A DNA stretch of 64,000 nucleotides, taken from the sequence record PV800129.1. One strand, given 5' to 3'. Of the stretch, positions 53,584 through 63,067 are shown piece after piece. The notes under the pieces were generated by a model. That model was given only the letters and a program-made list of their open reading frames with translations. It was not told the DNA's origin and did not search any database. The translations under genes were made by a program, and so were the position numbers. Within the stretch, counting starts at the first letter, position 1, and every line of letters starts with the position of its first letter. This DNA is from Pseudomonas phage TIETA.

Positions 53584-53817
53584 TTAATTGTCAAACCAAC
53601 CGAGATTAAGGGCGTGCTCCAAGGCTGCGAGAAGATTCTCAGCGTCCATGCGGTCGCTAATTGACACGCGGCGCCATGTGATGCCCTCTTTGTTTCTAGC
53701 TACAATATAGGCCGAGGAACTATCTCTTCCCTTTATTAACGAGCTTGCAAACTCAGTCTTTCCCCCGAACACTATCTCGCTAACTTTTTGGGACGGCTCT
53801 CGAATATCAATCTTCAT
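53584..53817 (-). CDS. small protein of MKIDIR family, paralogue 1 (77 aa)
   Basis: start MKIDIREPS with AAGGAGA RBS; shares SEIVFG...DAENLL.ALE.A..LGWF with next gene. Confidence 0.5.
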   Translation of the reverse strand: MKIDIREPSQKVSEIVFGGKTEFASSLIKGRDSSSAYIVARNKEGITWRRVSISDRMDAENLLAALEHALNLGWFDN

Positions 53818-53854
53818 CGTGCTCTCCTTGTTAAAAATTGTTAGATTTGATAGA

Positions 53855-54088
53855 TTACTTGTTAAACCAACCGAGGTCAATAGCTCGCTCTAAGGCCAGT
53901 AGCAGATTTTCAGCATCTAGAAGGTCACGGATCGCGATCCAACTGCCGCTGTCTCCCGGTAGACCATCTGTGATATATACAGGTATGTCGCTGTACTCGC
54001 TCTTTTTAAGCCCGCAGGCACAGGCTACATTGTCTCCGAAGACAATCTCGCTGACTTCCCTTGCCTCGTCTCGAATATCAATCTTCAT
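53855..54088 (-). CDS. small protein of MKIDIR family, paralogue 2 (77 aa)
   Basis: start MKIDIRDEA with AGGAGA RBS. Confidence 0.5.
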   Translation of the reverse strand: MKIDIRDEAREVSEIVFGDNVACACGLKKSEYSDIPVYITDGLPGDSGSWIAIRDLLDAENLLLALERAIDLGWFNK

Positions 54089-54112
54089 TATGTTTTTCTC
54101 CTGTTGTGTTGA

Positions 54113-54141
54113 AAGTCGTTGTATTCTGCCCGGATATCTTC
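54113..54141 (-). promoter_or_regulatory. sigma70-like promoter for leftward operon (rc TTGACA-N17-CAGAAT)
   Basis: -35 perfect, -10 weak; divergent from ncRNA B promoter. Confidence 0.45.
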
Positions 54142-54146
54142 GCAGT

Positions 54147-54174
54147 GTCAATAGCCTTGACAAGAAAATAATCC
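54147..54174 (+). promoter_or_regulatory. sigma70-like promoter driving ncRNA copy B (TTGACA-N16-TAAAGT)
   Basis: read in sequence. Confidence 0.55.
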
Positions 54175-54180
54175 GTGGTA

Positions 54181-54460
54181 AAGTGTGAGGCCTGCTGGAG
54201 AGAAATGTCCACGTCACTCACCGGCCAGCAGTATAGCGTATGAAGAGGAAAGCTGCAAGCGCATCCTGAGTCGAATCTGAGAACAGGGCAGCGACGACCC
54301 GTAAGGGGAAAGCTCAGAGCCTATAAGGAGCCCATGCTCCCCGCTCACCGACTCATCTGCATAATGAGAGCGAGAGGCAGACCAGAGGCATGTCTTAGGC
54401 GGAAAAATCCGTATGGCAAGCCTAGGGACAGGTCTGCCTCCACTACCGATCTATCTGCAT
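54181..54460 (+). ncRNA. structured non-coding RNA, copy B (paralogue of 21260-21541)
   Basis: see copy A; G.U pairs in shared helices fit + strand orientation. Confidence 0.6.
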
Positions 54461-54468
54461 ACAAGAAC

Positions 54469-54497
54469 TTGACAGTATCCTGTAAACCGTGTAGAGT
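54469..54497 (+). promoter_or_regulatory. sigma70-like promoter (TTGACA-N17-TAGAGT) immediately after ncRNA B
   Basis: read in sequence. Confidence 0.55.
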
Positions 54498-54528
54498 AAT
54501 CTCAAATCAACCGCAGAGGAGTGTATAA

Positions 54529-54726
54529 ATGAAGCATGTTATTCACCGTGAAGACCTTATCGACCTACTACGTGATCGTATGAAGCTTGAAGCTCTAGAA
54601 GCTGGCGGGGTGGACAACTGGGACTGGTATGAGGCCTCGCTAATCGACTGCGGATACTTCGATGACGATGGCCGGGAGCTAGAGGTCGAAGCTCTTGCAG
54701 ATTGCTTCCCAACCGTAGGTGCGTAA
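54529..54726 (+). CDS. hypothetical acidic protein (65 aa)
   Basis: GAGGAG RBS. Confidence 0.45.
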   Translation: MKHVIHREDLIDLLRDRMKLEALEAGGVDNWDWYEASLIDCGYFDDDGRELEVEALADCFPTVGA

Positions 54727-55214
54727 CCGTGGAGGAGTCGAAAGCTACCTTCAAAGACCCTTACCCTAGGTTCTTCGACGCTTCTCGTAGGTATGGCGAA
54801 ACCAACGACTGCATGGTGGTGAGCTTTGCAGTCGTATGGAACACCACCTATGAAAAGGCACACCAGCACCTGAAAGTGAAGTGCAAGCGCGGTTACCGGC
54901 AAGGGGCTACTCAGAAGCGCTTCAGCTACGCAGACACTTGGTGCCCTAAGACCCGGATGCTCTACCGGGAGGATGCTAAGGATAAGACTCTTAGGCAGTT
55001 TGCTGAGGAAAACCCTGAAGGTCGGTTCTGGATCACGGTAAAGGGTCACGCTATTGCAATCATCGACGGAGTGTTGTACGATCACACTAATGACAAAAGA
55101 CGCACCATCTGGCACTGCTGGCAAGTGTGGCCCGGGGAGGCACCTGAGAAAATCGAGAGGAAGCCTGATCCAATCTCACCTCCTGTGAGAAAGGCCCCAG
55201 ATTGGTATGTCTGA
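54727..55214 (+). CDS. putative papain-fold Cys/His hydrolase (NlpC/P60- or CHAP-like), start uncertain (GTG)
   Basis: NDCMVVSFAVVWN (Cys motif) and GHAIAIIDGVLYDH (His motif) in the order expected for NlpC/P60-type enzymes. Confidence 0.35.
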
Positions 55215-55236
55215 AGATTACAACTGAGGAGGAATT

Positions 55237-55491
55237 ATGGAAATTATTTCGAGAGGGACGCTCCCTCAAGAGGTTTTGTTTACGGCTAAGTGCCACCACT
55301 GCTTGAGCATTCTCCGGGCTAAGAGGTCGGAACTTGAGTATGTTTCGTTCTCATTCTGCCGTCCCGGAGAGACGGGATACTACTCCGCAGAATGCCCTGT
55401 CTGTCACGAAGAGGTGACTGCTTGGGTTGCAGTCCCTGTCACCCATGTAGCACCTCCTACGACAGAGTACGTAGCAAAGGGGCGTGAATAA
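55237..55491 (+). CDS. zinc-ribbon protein (84 aa)
   Basis: CHHC...CPVC pairs. Confidence 0.45.
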   Translation: MEIISRGTLPQEVLFTAKCHHCLSILRAKRSELEYVSFSFCRPGETGYYSAECPVCHEEVTAWVAVPVTHVAPPTTEYVAKGRE

Positions 55492-55882
55492 CATGGATCA
55501 ATTAGCGGGTTTTATGGGCGAACCTTTTGTAATTGCATTCGATTATGATGAGACAATCAGTCTCTACCCTCTTGCCTTCCGAATCGTCATGGATACCTTC
55601 AGGGGCTTTGGAGGCGCTTTCAATGTGATCGTAGTCACTGCACGCCACCCTGACAACAGCGGAGAGTTAGAGTGGCTACGGGACTACGGGTTCCCGATCT
55701 ATTTCACGGCACAGAAGGCAAAGCGACCATTCATGGAAAATCTTGGAATAAAAGTCTCTGTATGGGTTGACGACAACCCGTTCAGCGTGGATAATGACCT
55801 TCCTCCGTGGACAGTGGAGCAATACGATGCCTACATGGAGGCAAAGAAGCAACGAGCTATCAACAGAGGGAGTAAAGCATGA
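55484..55882 (+). CDS. HAD-superfamily phosphatase (5'(3')-deoxyribonucleotidase-like)
   Basis: motif I FDYDETI (DxDxT) and VWVDDNP. Confidence 0.6.
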   Translation: MNNMDQLAGFMGEPFVIAFDYDETISLYPLAFRIVMDTFRGFGGAFNVIVVTARHPDNSGELEWLRDYGFPIYFTAQKAKRPFMENLGIKVSVWVDDNPFSVDNDLPPWTVEQYDAYMEAKKQRAINRGSKA

Positions 55883-56544
55883 GCGAGATTATGAAGGTTG
55901 AAGTGGGAGATCGGGTGGTCCTTAAGGCCTATTGCGATACATACACTGGATGTGCAAAGCGATGGGCGCAGGCGCATGGACGTTTGCATGAACTGCTAGC
56001 TACGGGGTTTGTAGAAGACAGTTGGGTCCACACCGACGAACTGGCCGGAGGCTTGAAAGGCACCGTTGTGATGACTGAACTGGGACTGAAGGAAGAGTGC
56101 TGTGCAGTACGTCTAGACGCCTACACTGACCACAGGGCTGTTGTAGTTGTTGACGCTTCTGATCTTTACATCGCATGTAAGGCAGCAAAAGCTCCCGTAA
56201 GCACCCTAGACGAGGCCTTCGGTTGTGACCACGACTACCTTATGGAATCTCCGGCTAACGCTCAGCGACTGAATGAGTCCGTCGAGCAGCTACGAACTGG
56301 CCAAGTCGTAGAAGTGGACGTGCCTGTGAGTGTAAATCAAGACGAAACCCCGCCTATCGTAGTGTATGTAGTAGAGAAGATTTACGATAGGAAAGGTAAC
56401 GTACACCTCATTCTACAGTATGAGGTAGCAGGGGCGCTAATCAGGACGGTGGTGGAACAGGGAGAACTCATTTACTTCTTGGATGAAATGCAAGGTATGT
56501 ACTTGACCAAGATTCAACTGGAGGTGAACAATGGAGTTGTATGA
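55879..56544 (+). CDS. hypothetical protein (221 aa)
   Basis: ORF. Confidence 0.5.
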   Translation: MSEIMKVEVGDRVVLKAYCDTYTGCAKRWAQAHGRLHELLATGFVEDSWVHTDELAGGLKGTVVMTELGLKEECCAVRLDAYTDHRAVVVVDASDLYIACKAAKAPVSTLDEAFGCDHDYLMESPANAQRLNESVEQLRTGQVVEVDVPVSVNQDETPPIVVYVVEKIYDRKGNVHLILQYEVAGALIRTVVEQGELIYFLDEMQGMYLTKIQLEVNNGVV

Positions 56545-56698
56545 CCAGTGGCGTAAGTATATGAGCGTTGTAATCTTAGAAGAAGAAGAAGATAATGAGC
56601 GTCAGTGCATGCGGCTTATTGAGGCAGTTGGCGAACTCGATCCCTATATCCAAGATTTCCTAGATTCTTTCTCTATTAAAACTGAAGGAGGTGTGTAA
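56531..56698 (+). CDS. small acidic hypothetical protein (55 aa)
   Basis: ATG overlapping upstream stop (ATGA), open to TAA before next gene; below track cutoff. Confidence 0.3.
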   Translation: MELYDQWRKYMSVVILEEEEDNERQCMRLIEAVGELDPYIQDFLDSFSIKTEGGV

Positions 56699-56700
56699 GC

Positions 56701-57003
56701 ATGAGTCAGAGTAAGCGTGATGAGATTGTAGTTGAAGCACGTGGGCTAGAGAGCTACTTCATTTCCCACTGGAACGGCTGGGATGTGATGGACACTGCTT
56801 GTCTCGGATTTTATATCAAACCTGAGTATGTTCTTGACCCGGATATTCGAGAGCTTGAGCCTAGCTTCTTGGAGCTTGATTTCGAGCGTTGCCGTTTCCG
56901 ATTCTGGGGAAATGAAGACGAAGGCGTGGACGGCAAACTCATGGAGGGCAAGTTGCAGATTATGACCAACTCCTTCGAGTACGTCTTCTTCAAGGAGGTT
57001 TGA
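56701..57003 (+). CDS. hypothetical protein (100 aa)
   Basis: GGAGG RBS. Confidence 0.5.
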   Translation: MSQSKRDEIVVEARGLESYFISHWNGWDVMDTACLGFYIKPEYVLDPDIRELEPSFLELDFERCRFRFWGNEDEGVDGKLMEGKLQIMTNSFEYVFFKEV

Positions 57004-57426
57004 GTGGCTAGACAGACTTACGAGTCTGCATCAGATAGGGCGGTCGAGGAGGCCGTCCGTTCTGAGCTTGAAGGGCGGTGGAAGTGTTCTCTTCATAAGC
57101 TACCTAGAGCCCACTATATGGATTGGGCAGCCTGCCGGAATGGAAAGGTTGTTAGCTTTGTGGAGCTTAAGGCTCGGAATAATGAAATGCAGAAATATCC
57201 CGACTTCTTTGTGTCCCAGATGAAGTGGCTCCATGGGATCGAAATGCAAAGGGTGTTTGACATTCCCGCATTCCTTGTGGTAAAGTGGACGGACTATACA
57301 GGATATGTCAAAATGACAGCCAACGGCGTCAACTACATGAGCATGGGTGGCAGGATTGACCGTGGAGACTGGCAAGACCAAGAAGTTATGGTCCATATCC
57401 CGCTGAAAGACTTCACACGTTTATAG
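57004..57426 (+). CDS. PD-(D/E)xK-type nuclease family protein
   Basis: MDWAACRNGKVVSFVELKAR carries D...E-L-K arrangement. Confidence 0.4.
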   Translation: MARQTYESASDRAVEEAVRSELEGRWKCSLHKLPRAHYMDWAACRNGKVVSFVELKARNNEMQKYPDFFVSQMKWLHGIEMQRVFDIPAFLVVKWTDYTGYVKMTANGVNYMSMGGRIDRGDWQDQEVMVHIPLKDFTRL

Positions 57427-57434
57427 GAGGCCAA

Positions 57435-57548
57435 ATGAAACGACTCTGCTACCGTTGTCTGCATCTTGGAGAGCCTGTCATGCTCCGTCATAAGACTGGC
57501 ATCTGGTATAAGGGTTGCAGTAAATGTGGATCAGGAGTATTCTATGGC
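57435..57548 (+). CDS. tiny zinc-ribbon protein (37 aa)
   Basis: TAGGAGG RBS; CYRC...CSKCG; missed by ORF track. Confidence 0.4.
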
Positions 57549-57672
57549 TAAGAAGAACCCCGTGTTCAAGTTTCTGAATACAGTAAACAAGCCCTCAGTG
57601 GAGAGGGATAAAACCAAATACAGGCGGAAGCCTAAGCACAAGAAGAAGGAGCGATTAAATGAAGAAGGGTGA
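57547..57672 (+). CDS. tiny basic protein (41 aa)
   Basis: AGGAG RBS, ATGGCTAA overlap with previous stop. Confidence 0.3.
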   Translation, partial: AKKNPVFKFLNTVNKPSVERDKTKYRRKPKHKKKERLNEEG

Positions 57673-57850
57673 TAAAGTGAGGATCAACGACGACGCTGAT
57701 ACCATCTTCCGGGGCCGTGTTGCCACTATCATCGCAGTAGACGAAGAGGGTTGCGTTATTGACGTGGGCAGCTACGAAGACGAAAGCGGAGAGCTTATCG
57801 AGTACCTGCACCTGTTCTTCGAGCGTTCTGAGTTGTCCAAGCAGGTGTAG
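57659..57850 (+). CDS. hypothetical protein (63 aa)
   Basis: ORF. Confidence 0.4.
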   Translation: MKKGDKVRINDDADTIFRGRVATIIAVDEEGCVIDVGSYEDESGELIEYLHLFFERSELSKQV

Positions 57851-57859
57851 GAGGGTATA

Positions 57860-58105
57860 ATGAACGGACCCGAGTGCAGATGGTGCGGAGAGAAAACTGA
57901 AGCTGAGTTTGTAGACGTTGGGCTTGGATGGATGCAGCAAGTCACTGGAGGCATGTGTCACCAGTGTGGAGGGTATGAGAACGGTCACTACCAGAACGAC
58001 GGAAGGCTCTCCGAGGTCGAGTTTGCCACCTACTGGAGTGGTCCGTTCGAAGATTATGCGGATTTCTCGCCATTCAATCATATGAGAGAAGGCGACTCGC
58101 CATGA
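57860..58105 (+). CDS. zinc-finger protein (81 aa)
   Basis: CRWCG...CHQCGG. Confidence 0.45.
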   Translation: MNGPECRWCGEKTEAEFVDVGLGWMQQVTGGMCHQCGGYENGHYQNDGRLSEVEFATYWSGPFEDYADFSPFNHMREGDSP

Positions 58106-58287
58106 AGGCTACACTGAGAAACCACAATCTGCTATACATCTACTTCCACACGTTCTCGGAAATGAATGAGTGGTTGACAGAGAACGCTGTAGATCAGTGG
58201 ACAGTCACTACTCTGGGCTCCGGCTATCAAGTGGCTGTTCCTATGGACCGTGCAATGCGGGACCAATACGCCTCGGAGAGGGGTTGA
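58102..58287 (+). CDS. hypothetical protein (61 aa)
   Basis: ORF. Confidence 0.35.
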   Translation: MKATLRNHNLLYIYFHTFSEMNEWLTENAVDQWTVTTLGSGYQVAVPMDRAMRDQYASERG

Positions 58288-58312
58288 CACGAACACAAGG
58301 TGATGCTAAACT
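58284..58312 (+). promoter_or_regulatory. sigma70-like promoter upstream of primase-helicase (TTGACA-N17-TAAACT)
   Basis: read in sequence. Confidence 0.5.
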
Positions 58313-58340
58313 CCGTGGTTGTCTGAAGTAAGGAGGTTTT

Positions 58341-60203
58341 ATGTCCAAAATGACCGTGGCCCAAATTGCGGCTATGCACGGTATCGATCTGTATTCTGAC
58401 CACAAGACTGCTTGTCCCCAATGCCGGAAGAAAGGCGCTGACAACAGCGGAGACAACCTAAAGGTCTATGGTACTGATCGTAATACCGGGGAACACAAAG
58501 GTGCCTATTGTTGGGCGTGTGGGTACACCTTGCTCTCTGAAGAGCAGGAAAGAGACGCCCGGGGAGAAGACGAAGAGGAGTGGAATTTCGTGGGAACTGA
58601 ATTTAACGCAGAGATCAACGCTCAAATTAAAGAGCAATGCTCGTATGATCCGCGTGGTTATCGTGGCTTGTCTAAAGAGACTTGCCAGTATTTCGGAGTG
58701 CTACATGGTTTCGACCCGGAGACTGGCGAGATTGCAACTCAGCTATATCCTACTACTACTAATTATGAACTCACTGGCTACAAACAGCGGATCATGCCGA
58801 AGAACTTCTCAGAGCCTATCGGCGAGACCGGGAAGGATTGCGAGCTTTTTGGTCAGTTCAGGTTCAAGAATAGCAACAGCAAGAAGGTGCTTATTGTAGG
58901 CGGTGAGGTTGACCAGCTATCAGCATTCCAGATGCTCAAGGAGTATGATGACCGGCGAGCAGGCGGTAAGAGTGATTATGAACCGACTCCAGTGGTCAGC
59001 CCTACTATCGGTGAGAGTGGGGCATGGAAGCAGCTACAGGCTCAGTATGAGTGGCTAGACCGGTTCGAGCAAATCATTCTCTGTTTCGACAGCGATGACG
59101 CAGGACGAGAGGCAGCAGACAAGGCAGCCGATAAGCTTCCGAAGGGCAAGGTGTTCATGATGGAAATGAACCGTAAAGACCCTAACGAGTATTTGAAAGC
59201 TGGGCGTCAATCGGAGTTTGTCAGTGCATTCTATCGAGCCCGTACATGGACCCCTAGCGGTATTGTAGGGTCTGATGCACTCGACGCTCGAATGTATGAA
59301 GCTGTGCAGGTTGAGAAGATTCCTCTGCCACCGTTCGCTAAGAAGCTCCAGAAGGCTATGGCAGGAGGCATCCCGTTGGGCCGGATTGTGAATATCGGCG
59401 CTGCATCGGGCATGGGTAAATCTACTGTAGTGGATGAGTTCACTCTGTTTTGGATTTATAACTCGCCTCATATGCCGGGTACTGTGACTCTGGAATCGGA
59501 CTGCGGGGAGTACGCAATCAAGCTGCTGAGCCGTAAGGTAGGTGAGAAGGCAGACTTGTACGAGACCGTTGAAGAGAAAGTGGCGTTCCTTGATCGGCAC
59601 CGTGACGCTCGGTACGACTTGTGGCACAAGGAAGACGGAAGCCCACGCTTCTATCTGATCGATGACCGAGACGGAAGCCTAGCAGCCCTCAAGGCTCAAA
59701 TCGAACAACTGATTATTCAGTTTGAGTGCCGTGTTATTATTCTGGACCCGCTTCAGGATATTCTGGACGGATTGAGCAACGAAGAGCAGTCGGTATTCAT
59801 GCGCTGGCAAAAGGGTATGACCAAGAGCCACCGAGTGACGTTCATCAACATCAACCACGTCCGTAAGAGTGGTGGTGGTCAGAAGGCTAACTCGGCAGGT
59901 GCTGAACTGTACGAAGAAGATTTCCAAGGGTCTTCGTCCATCTTCAAATCTGGTGCAGCTAACATTCTGATGTGGCGGAACAAGGACGCGGAGAACGAGT
60001 TCGAAAAGAACCTGATTAACGTGAAGCTCTCTAAGTGCCGATGGACTGGCCGCACTGGAATGATGGGCAATTGGTACTACGACGTTGAGACTCATACAAT
60101 CTGGGACTTGGACGACTATCTGGACCGATACCCTGACAAGCGCCGTGAATACGAGGCTTGGATGGCTCAGAAGGAAGAGGAAGGCCGGGACACGGAATAC
60201 TAA
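58341..60203 (+). CDS. DNA primase-helicase (T7 gp4-like)
   Basis: N-terminal zinc finger CPQCRKKG...CWACGY, central TOPRIM-like region, C-terminal helicase Walker A GAASGMGKST. Confidence 0.85.
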   Translation: MSKMTVAQIAAMHGIDLYSDHKTACPQCRKKGADNSGDNLKVYGTDRNTGEHKGAYCWACGYTLLSEEQERDARGEDEEEWNFVGTEFNAEINAQIKEQCSYDPRGYRGLSKETCQYFGVLHGFDPETGEIATQLYPTTTNYELTGYKQRIMPKNFSEPIGETGKDCELFGQFRFKNSNSKKVLIVGGEVDQLSAFQMLKEYDDRRAGGKSDYEPTPVVSPTIGESGAWKQLQAQYEWLDRFEQIILCFDSDDAGREAADKAADKLPKGKVFMMEMNRKDPNEYLKAGRQSEFVSAFYRARTWTPSGIVGSDALDARMYEAVQVEKIPLPPFAKKLQKAMAGGIPLGRIVNIGAASGMGKSTVVDEFTLFWIYNSPHMPGTVTLESDCGEYAIKLLSRKVGEKADLYETVEEKVAFLDRHRDARYDLWHKEDGSPRFYLIDDRDGSLAALKAQIEQLIIQFECRVIILDPLQDILDGLSNEEQSVFMRWQKGMTKSHRVTFININHVRKSGGGQKANSAGAELYEEDFQGSSSIFKSGAANILMWRNKDAENEFEKNLINVKLSKCRWTGRTGMMGNWYYDVETHTIWDLDDYLDRYPDKRREYEAWMAQKEEEGRDTEY

Positions 60204-60205
60204 GG

Positions 60206-60234
60206 TTGACAGAGGGGTGATGCTTATGTATCAT
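60206..60234 (+). promoter_or_regulatory. sigma70-like promoter upstream of DNA polymerase (TTGACA-N17-TATCAT)
   Basis: read in sequence. Confidence 0.5.
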
Positions 60235-60263
60235 CCCTTTCGTCGTTTACAGGAGGAAAGGAA

Positions 60264-62978
60264 ATGCAACAACGATTTGAAACAATCGAGCAATACCTCG
60301 AATGGATGGGAAATAACAATTTCACCAACATGACTTGGGATATCGAGGCCACAGGCCTGTTGGATGAAACGTCTATCGATTACACTGCCAGCCCCTACAA
60401 GATTAAGCCTAGCTACAAACACCACTGCATTGTAGTGGAGGAGCACGGTGGCAATATTCTGGCATTCTACGATGGGCCGACCTACGTCTTTGACGGGCGA
60501 GAGTACACTGAGAGACTGCCGAAAGCGTCTTCCATGCTCCACACTGAAGAAGTTGTGACTCTCAAGGACTACACTCCGGTAGAGTATATTCACCTGCCGC
60601 TGAAAGAGTTCAAGAACTATGTGGCCAAGCGTCGGATCAAGCGCGTAGTGGCTCACAACATGATTAACTTCGACCTTATGTCGATGAAGCTTGTGGAAGA
60701 TATGGACTTCACTATCGGCGTAGAGCACAGGGATGGCGGTCTGACTACGTGGTCTGCTGACACTTGGATGGGCAAGCAAGTGGTATTCGACGATACCCTC
60801 GTTATCTCCAAGACTTGTAACCCTGACCTGTTCGGCGGTCACAGTCTGGATAAGCTGTCTCGTCGTGCAGGTGGTGACACCAAGATTGACTTCCGTAAGC
60901 ATTTGGCACCGGATGTTCGATTCCTCGACTTCGCAGCCGATATGCTCTACTACTGTATCTATGACGTAAAGGCGAACACCGCTGTATGGCATTGGTTGCA
61001 GGACCACGAAGATTACCAACTGTCCGACCGTGACAACTACATCAAGAATTGGCTGTCCCCGATTCAGTTGGAGAAGAAGGTTGCAGAGATCATCACCTAT
61101 CAGGAGCACCGAGGGTTTGTTCTGAATGTTGATCTCTGTGAAAAAGCTGTGAAAGACTTGGACGCCAAGATGGAAGAGCGTCGGGCCCGGGTGGAACCTG
61201 TGCTTCCTCCTCGACCGGCAACCAAGAAATTCATGGCAGACTACACTCCACCTGTTCGACAGTTCAAGAAGAACGGGGAGATCACCACTTACCTACAGAA
61301 GTTCATTGAAAAGATCGGCGCTCAATTGAAAGAGGGCGACGACAGAACCATGATCTTTGAGGGTAAGGAGTACAAGCTGCCTCTCCCGGCAGACGTACCG
61401 CTGAAGACGGAAATGCCTGCTAAGATCGGGGACACAACTCACATCAAGCAATGGCTTATGGGTGAGTTTGGTTGGATTCCATCAGAGTGGAAAGAGACTG
61501 ATCTGACTGTGGATCAGAAGAAGATCAAGCTTCCGATGGAAAACATCGTTGCTAAGATCGATCGCTGGCTGGATGTAACGTATAGCACAGCGTACAAGGA
61601 AGAGCGGCTGGACGGGTTCGGGGATTACATGAAGATCACCCCTCGTAGCACCCGCGCGTATGTACGTCAGAGGTTGATTGATCGTGCAAGCAAGGGGGGC
61701 TGTAAGGTTCTCACTAACCCTAGCTTCACAAAGGGCCAAGAGAAAGAAATGTGTCCAGACCTCGAACGCATTGCAGAACAGTTTCCGTTCGCGAAGGATG
61801 TGATTGAGTACCTGACCTTTAAGCACCGCCGTAGTGCTATTCTCGGTGGCGGCATGGACTGGGACGAAATGGAGGATGGAGAGGAGCCGGAAAAAGGTTA
61901 CCTTGCAAGCATTCGTCAGGACGGCAGGATTCCCACGCCTGCTGACACTTGCGGGGCTGCTACTAGCCGGATGAAGCACCGGAAGGTTGCTAACGTTCCT
62001 CGGATCACCTCGTTGTACGGGGCTGAGCTTCGAGAGTTGTTTGGGGTTGGAGATGGGTTCTTCCAAATTGGATACGACTTCGATTCCTTGGAAGCACGTA
62101 AAGAGTCGGCCTACTGCGATCAGTACGATCCGACAAAGGAATATTGCAAATCTCTTATGATGGAGAAGCCATTTGACGTTCACACAATGATGGCTAAGCG
62201 TATTTCTGAGATCATTGGTCGCCAATTTAACCGATCTCCTGCGAAAAACGTAAAATACGGGTGTACGTACGGTGCTCAAGCTGGTAAAGTGGCAAAAACC
62301 ATTGGTGCCGATTTGCAAACGGGTCAACTGGTATTCGATGCGTTCTGGGATGCAGCATTCCCATTGAAAGCTCTGAAGGACGACCTCACCAAGCAATGGG
62401 AAGCCAATGGCAAGAAGTATATCATTGGAGTGGACGGTCGCCGAGTCCCTACTCGTTCGGCTCACGCTATCCTGAACAGCTTGTTCCAGAGTGGCGGTGT
62501 TATCTGTGCTAAACGTGCTATGGTGATTCATGACCAACTGCTGGAGAAAGAAGGTCTGAAGGTTGACTTTTTCAAAGAAGACTGGAAGAACAAGCCGGAA
62601 TTCTGCCAACAAATGATCGCGTACCACGACGAAGCGCAGTTGGAAGTTACAGCTAAGTCGGTCAGCTTCAAGATGTTCCCTTGGTCTCTTGTAGGCGGTA
62701 AGCCAGAAGGAGAAAAGGAACAGGAGGAGGCGGAGAAGAAGCTGAAAGCTCTAGCTCAGGCTTACAAGGACGAACAATTGGCTAGTACTGGCAAGGTGTG
62801 GAGTGATATCGCACACTACAGCAAAGGTGAAGGCGGGGTGTTTGTAGCTTACTGCCGCGCTGGAGAACTTGCCACGAAGGCCGTGAGAGCTGCGGGAGAG
62901 TTCTACTCTACTCCTCTGGTGCCTATCGAGCTGACCGCTGGCTACATCGTTGGTCGATCTTGGAAGGATTGCCACTAA
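60264..62978 (+). CDS. family A DNA polymerase with 3'-5' exonuclease domain
   Basis: 904 aa; exo motif WDIEATGL near N-terminus; polymerase motifs KYGCTYGAQAGK and HDEAQLEV. Confidence 0.85.
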   Translation: MQQRFETIEQYLEWMGNNNFTNMTWDIEATGLLDETSIDYTASPYKIKPSYKHHCIVVEEHGGNILAFYDGPTYVFDGREYTERLPKASSMLHTEEVVTLKDYTPVEYIHLPLKEFKNYVAKRRIKRVVAHNMINFDLMSMKLVEDMDFTIGVEHRDGGLTTWSADTWMGKQVVFDDTLVISKTCNPDLFGGHSLDKLSRRAGGDTKIDFRKHLAPDVRFLDFAADMLYYCIYDVKANTAVWHWLQDHEDYQLSDRDNYIKNWLSPIQLEKKVAEIITYQEHRGFVLNVDLCEKAVKDLDAKMEERRARVEPVLPPRPATKKFMADYTPPVRQFKKNGEITTYLQKFIEKIGAQLKEGDDRTMIFEGKEYKLPLPADVPLKTEMPAKIGDTTHIKQWLMGEFGWIPSEWKETDLTVDQKKIKLPMENIVAKIDRWLDVTYSTAYKEERLDGFGDYMKITPRSTRAYVRQRLIDRASKGGCKVLTNPSFTKGQEKEMCPDLERIAEQFPFAKDVIEYLTFKHRRSAILGGGMDWDEMEDGEEPEKGYLASIRQDGRIPTPADTCGAATSRMKHRKVANVPRITSLYGAELRELFGVGDGFFQIGYDFDSLEARKESAYCDQYDPTKEYCKSLMMEKPFDVHTMMAKRISEIIGRQFNRSPAKNVKYGCTYGAQAGKVAKTIGADLQTGQLVFDAFWDAAFPLKALKDDLTKQWEANGKKYIIGVDGRRVPTRSAHAILNSLFQSGGVICAKRAMVIHDQLLEKEGLKVDFFKEDWKNKPEFCQQMIAYHDEAQLEVTAKSVSFKMFPWSLVGGKPEGEKEQEEAEKKLKALAQAYKDEQLASTGKVWSDIAHYSKGEGGVFVAYCRAGELATKAVRAAGEFYSTPLVPIELTAGYIVGRSWKDCH

Positions 62979-63004
62979 AACTGGAATTAAGCGAGGAAAG
63001 GGGC

Positions 63005-63033
63005 TTGACAGGCCCCTCCGCCTCCTATACAAT
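63005..63033 (+). promoter_or_regulatory. sigma70-like promoter (TTGACA-N17-TACAAT)
   Basis: read in sequence. Confidence 0.5.
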
Positions 63034-63067
63034 GGCCACATATTCACAACATACAAGGAGAAACACA

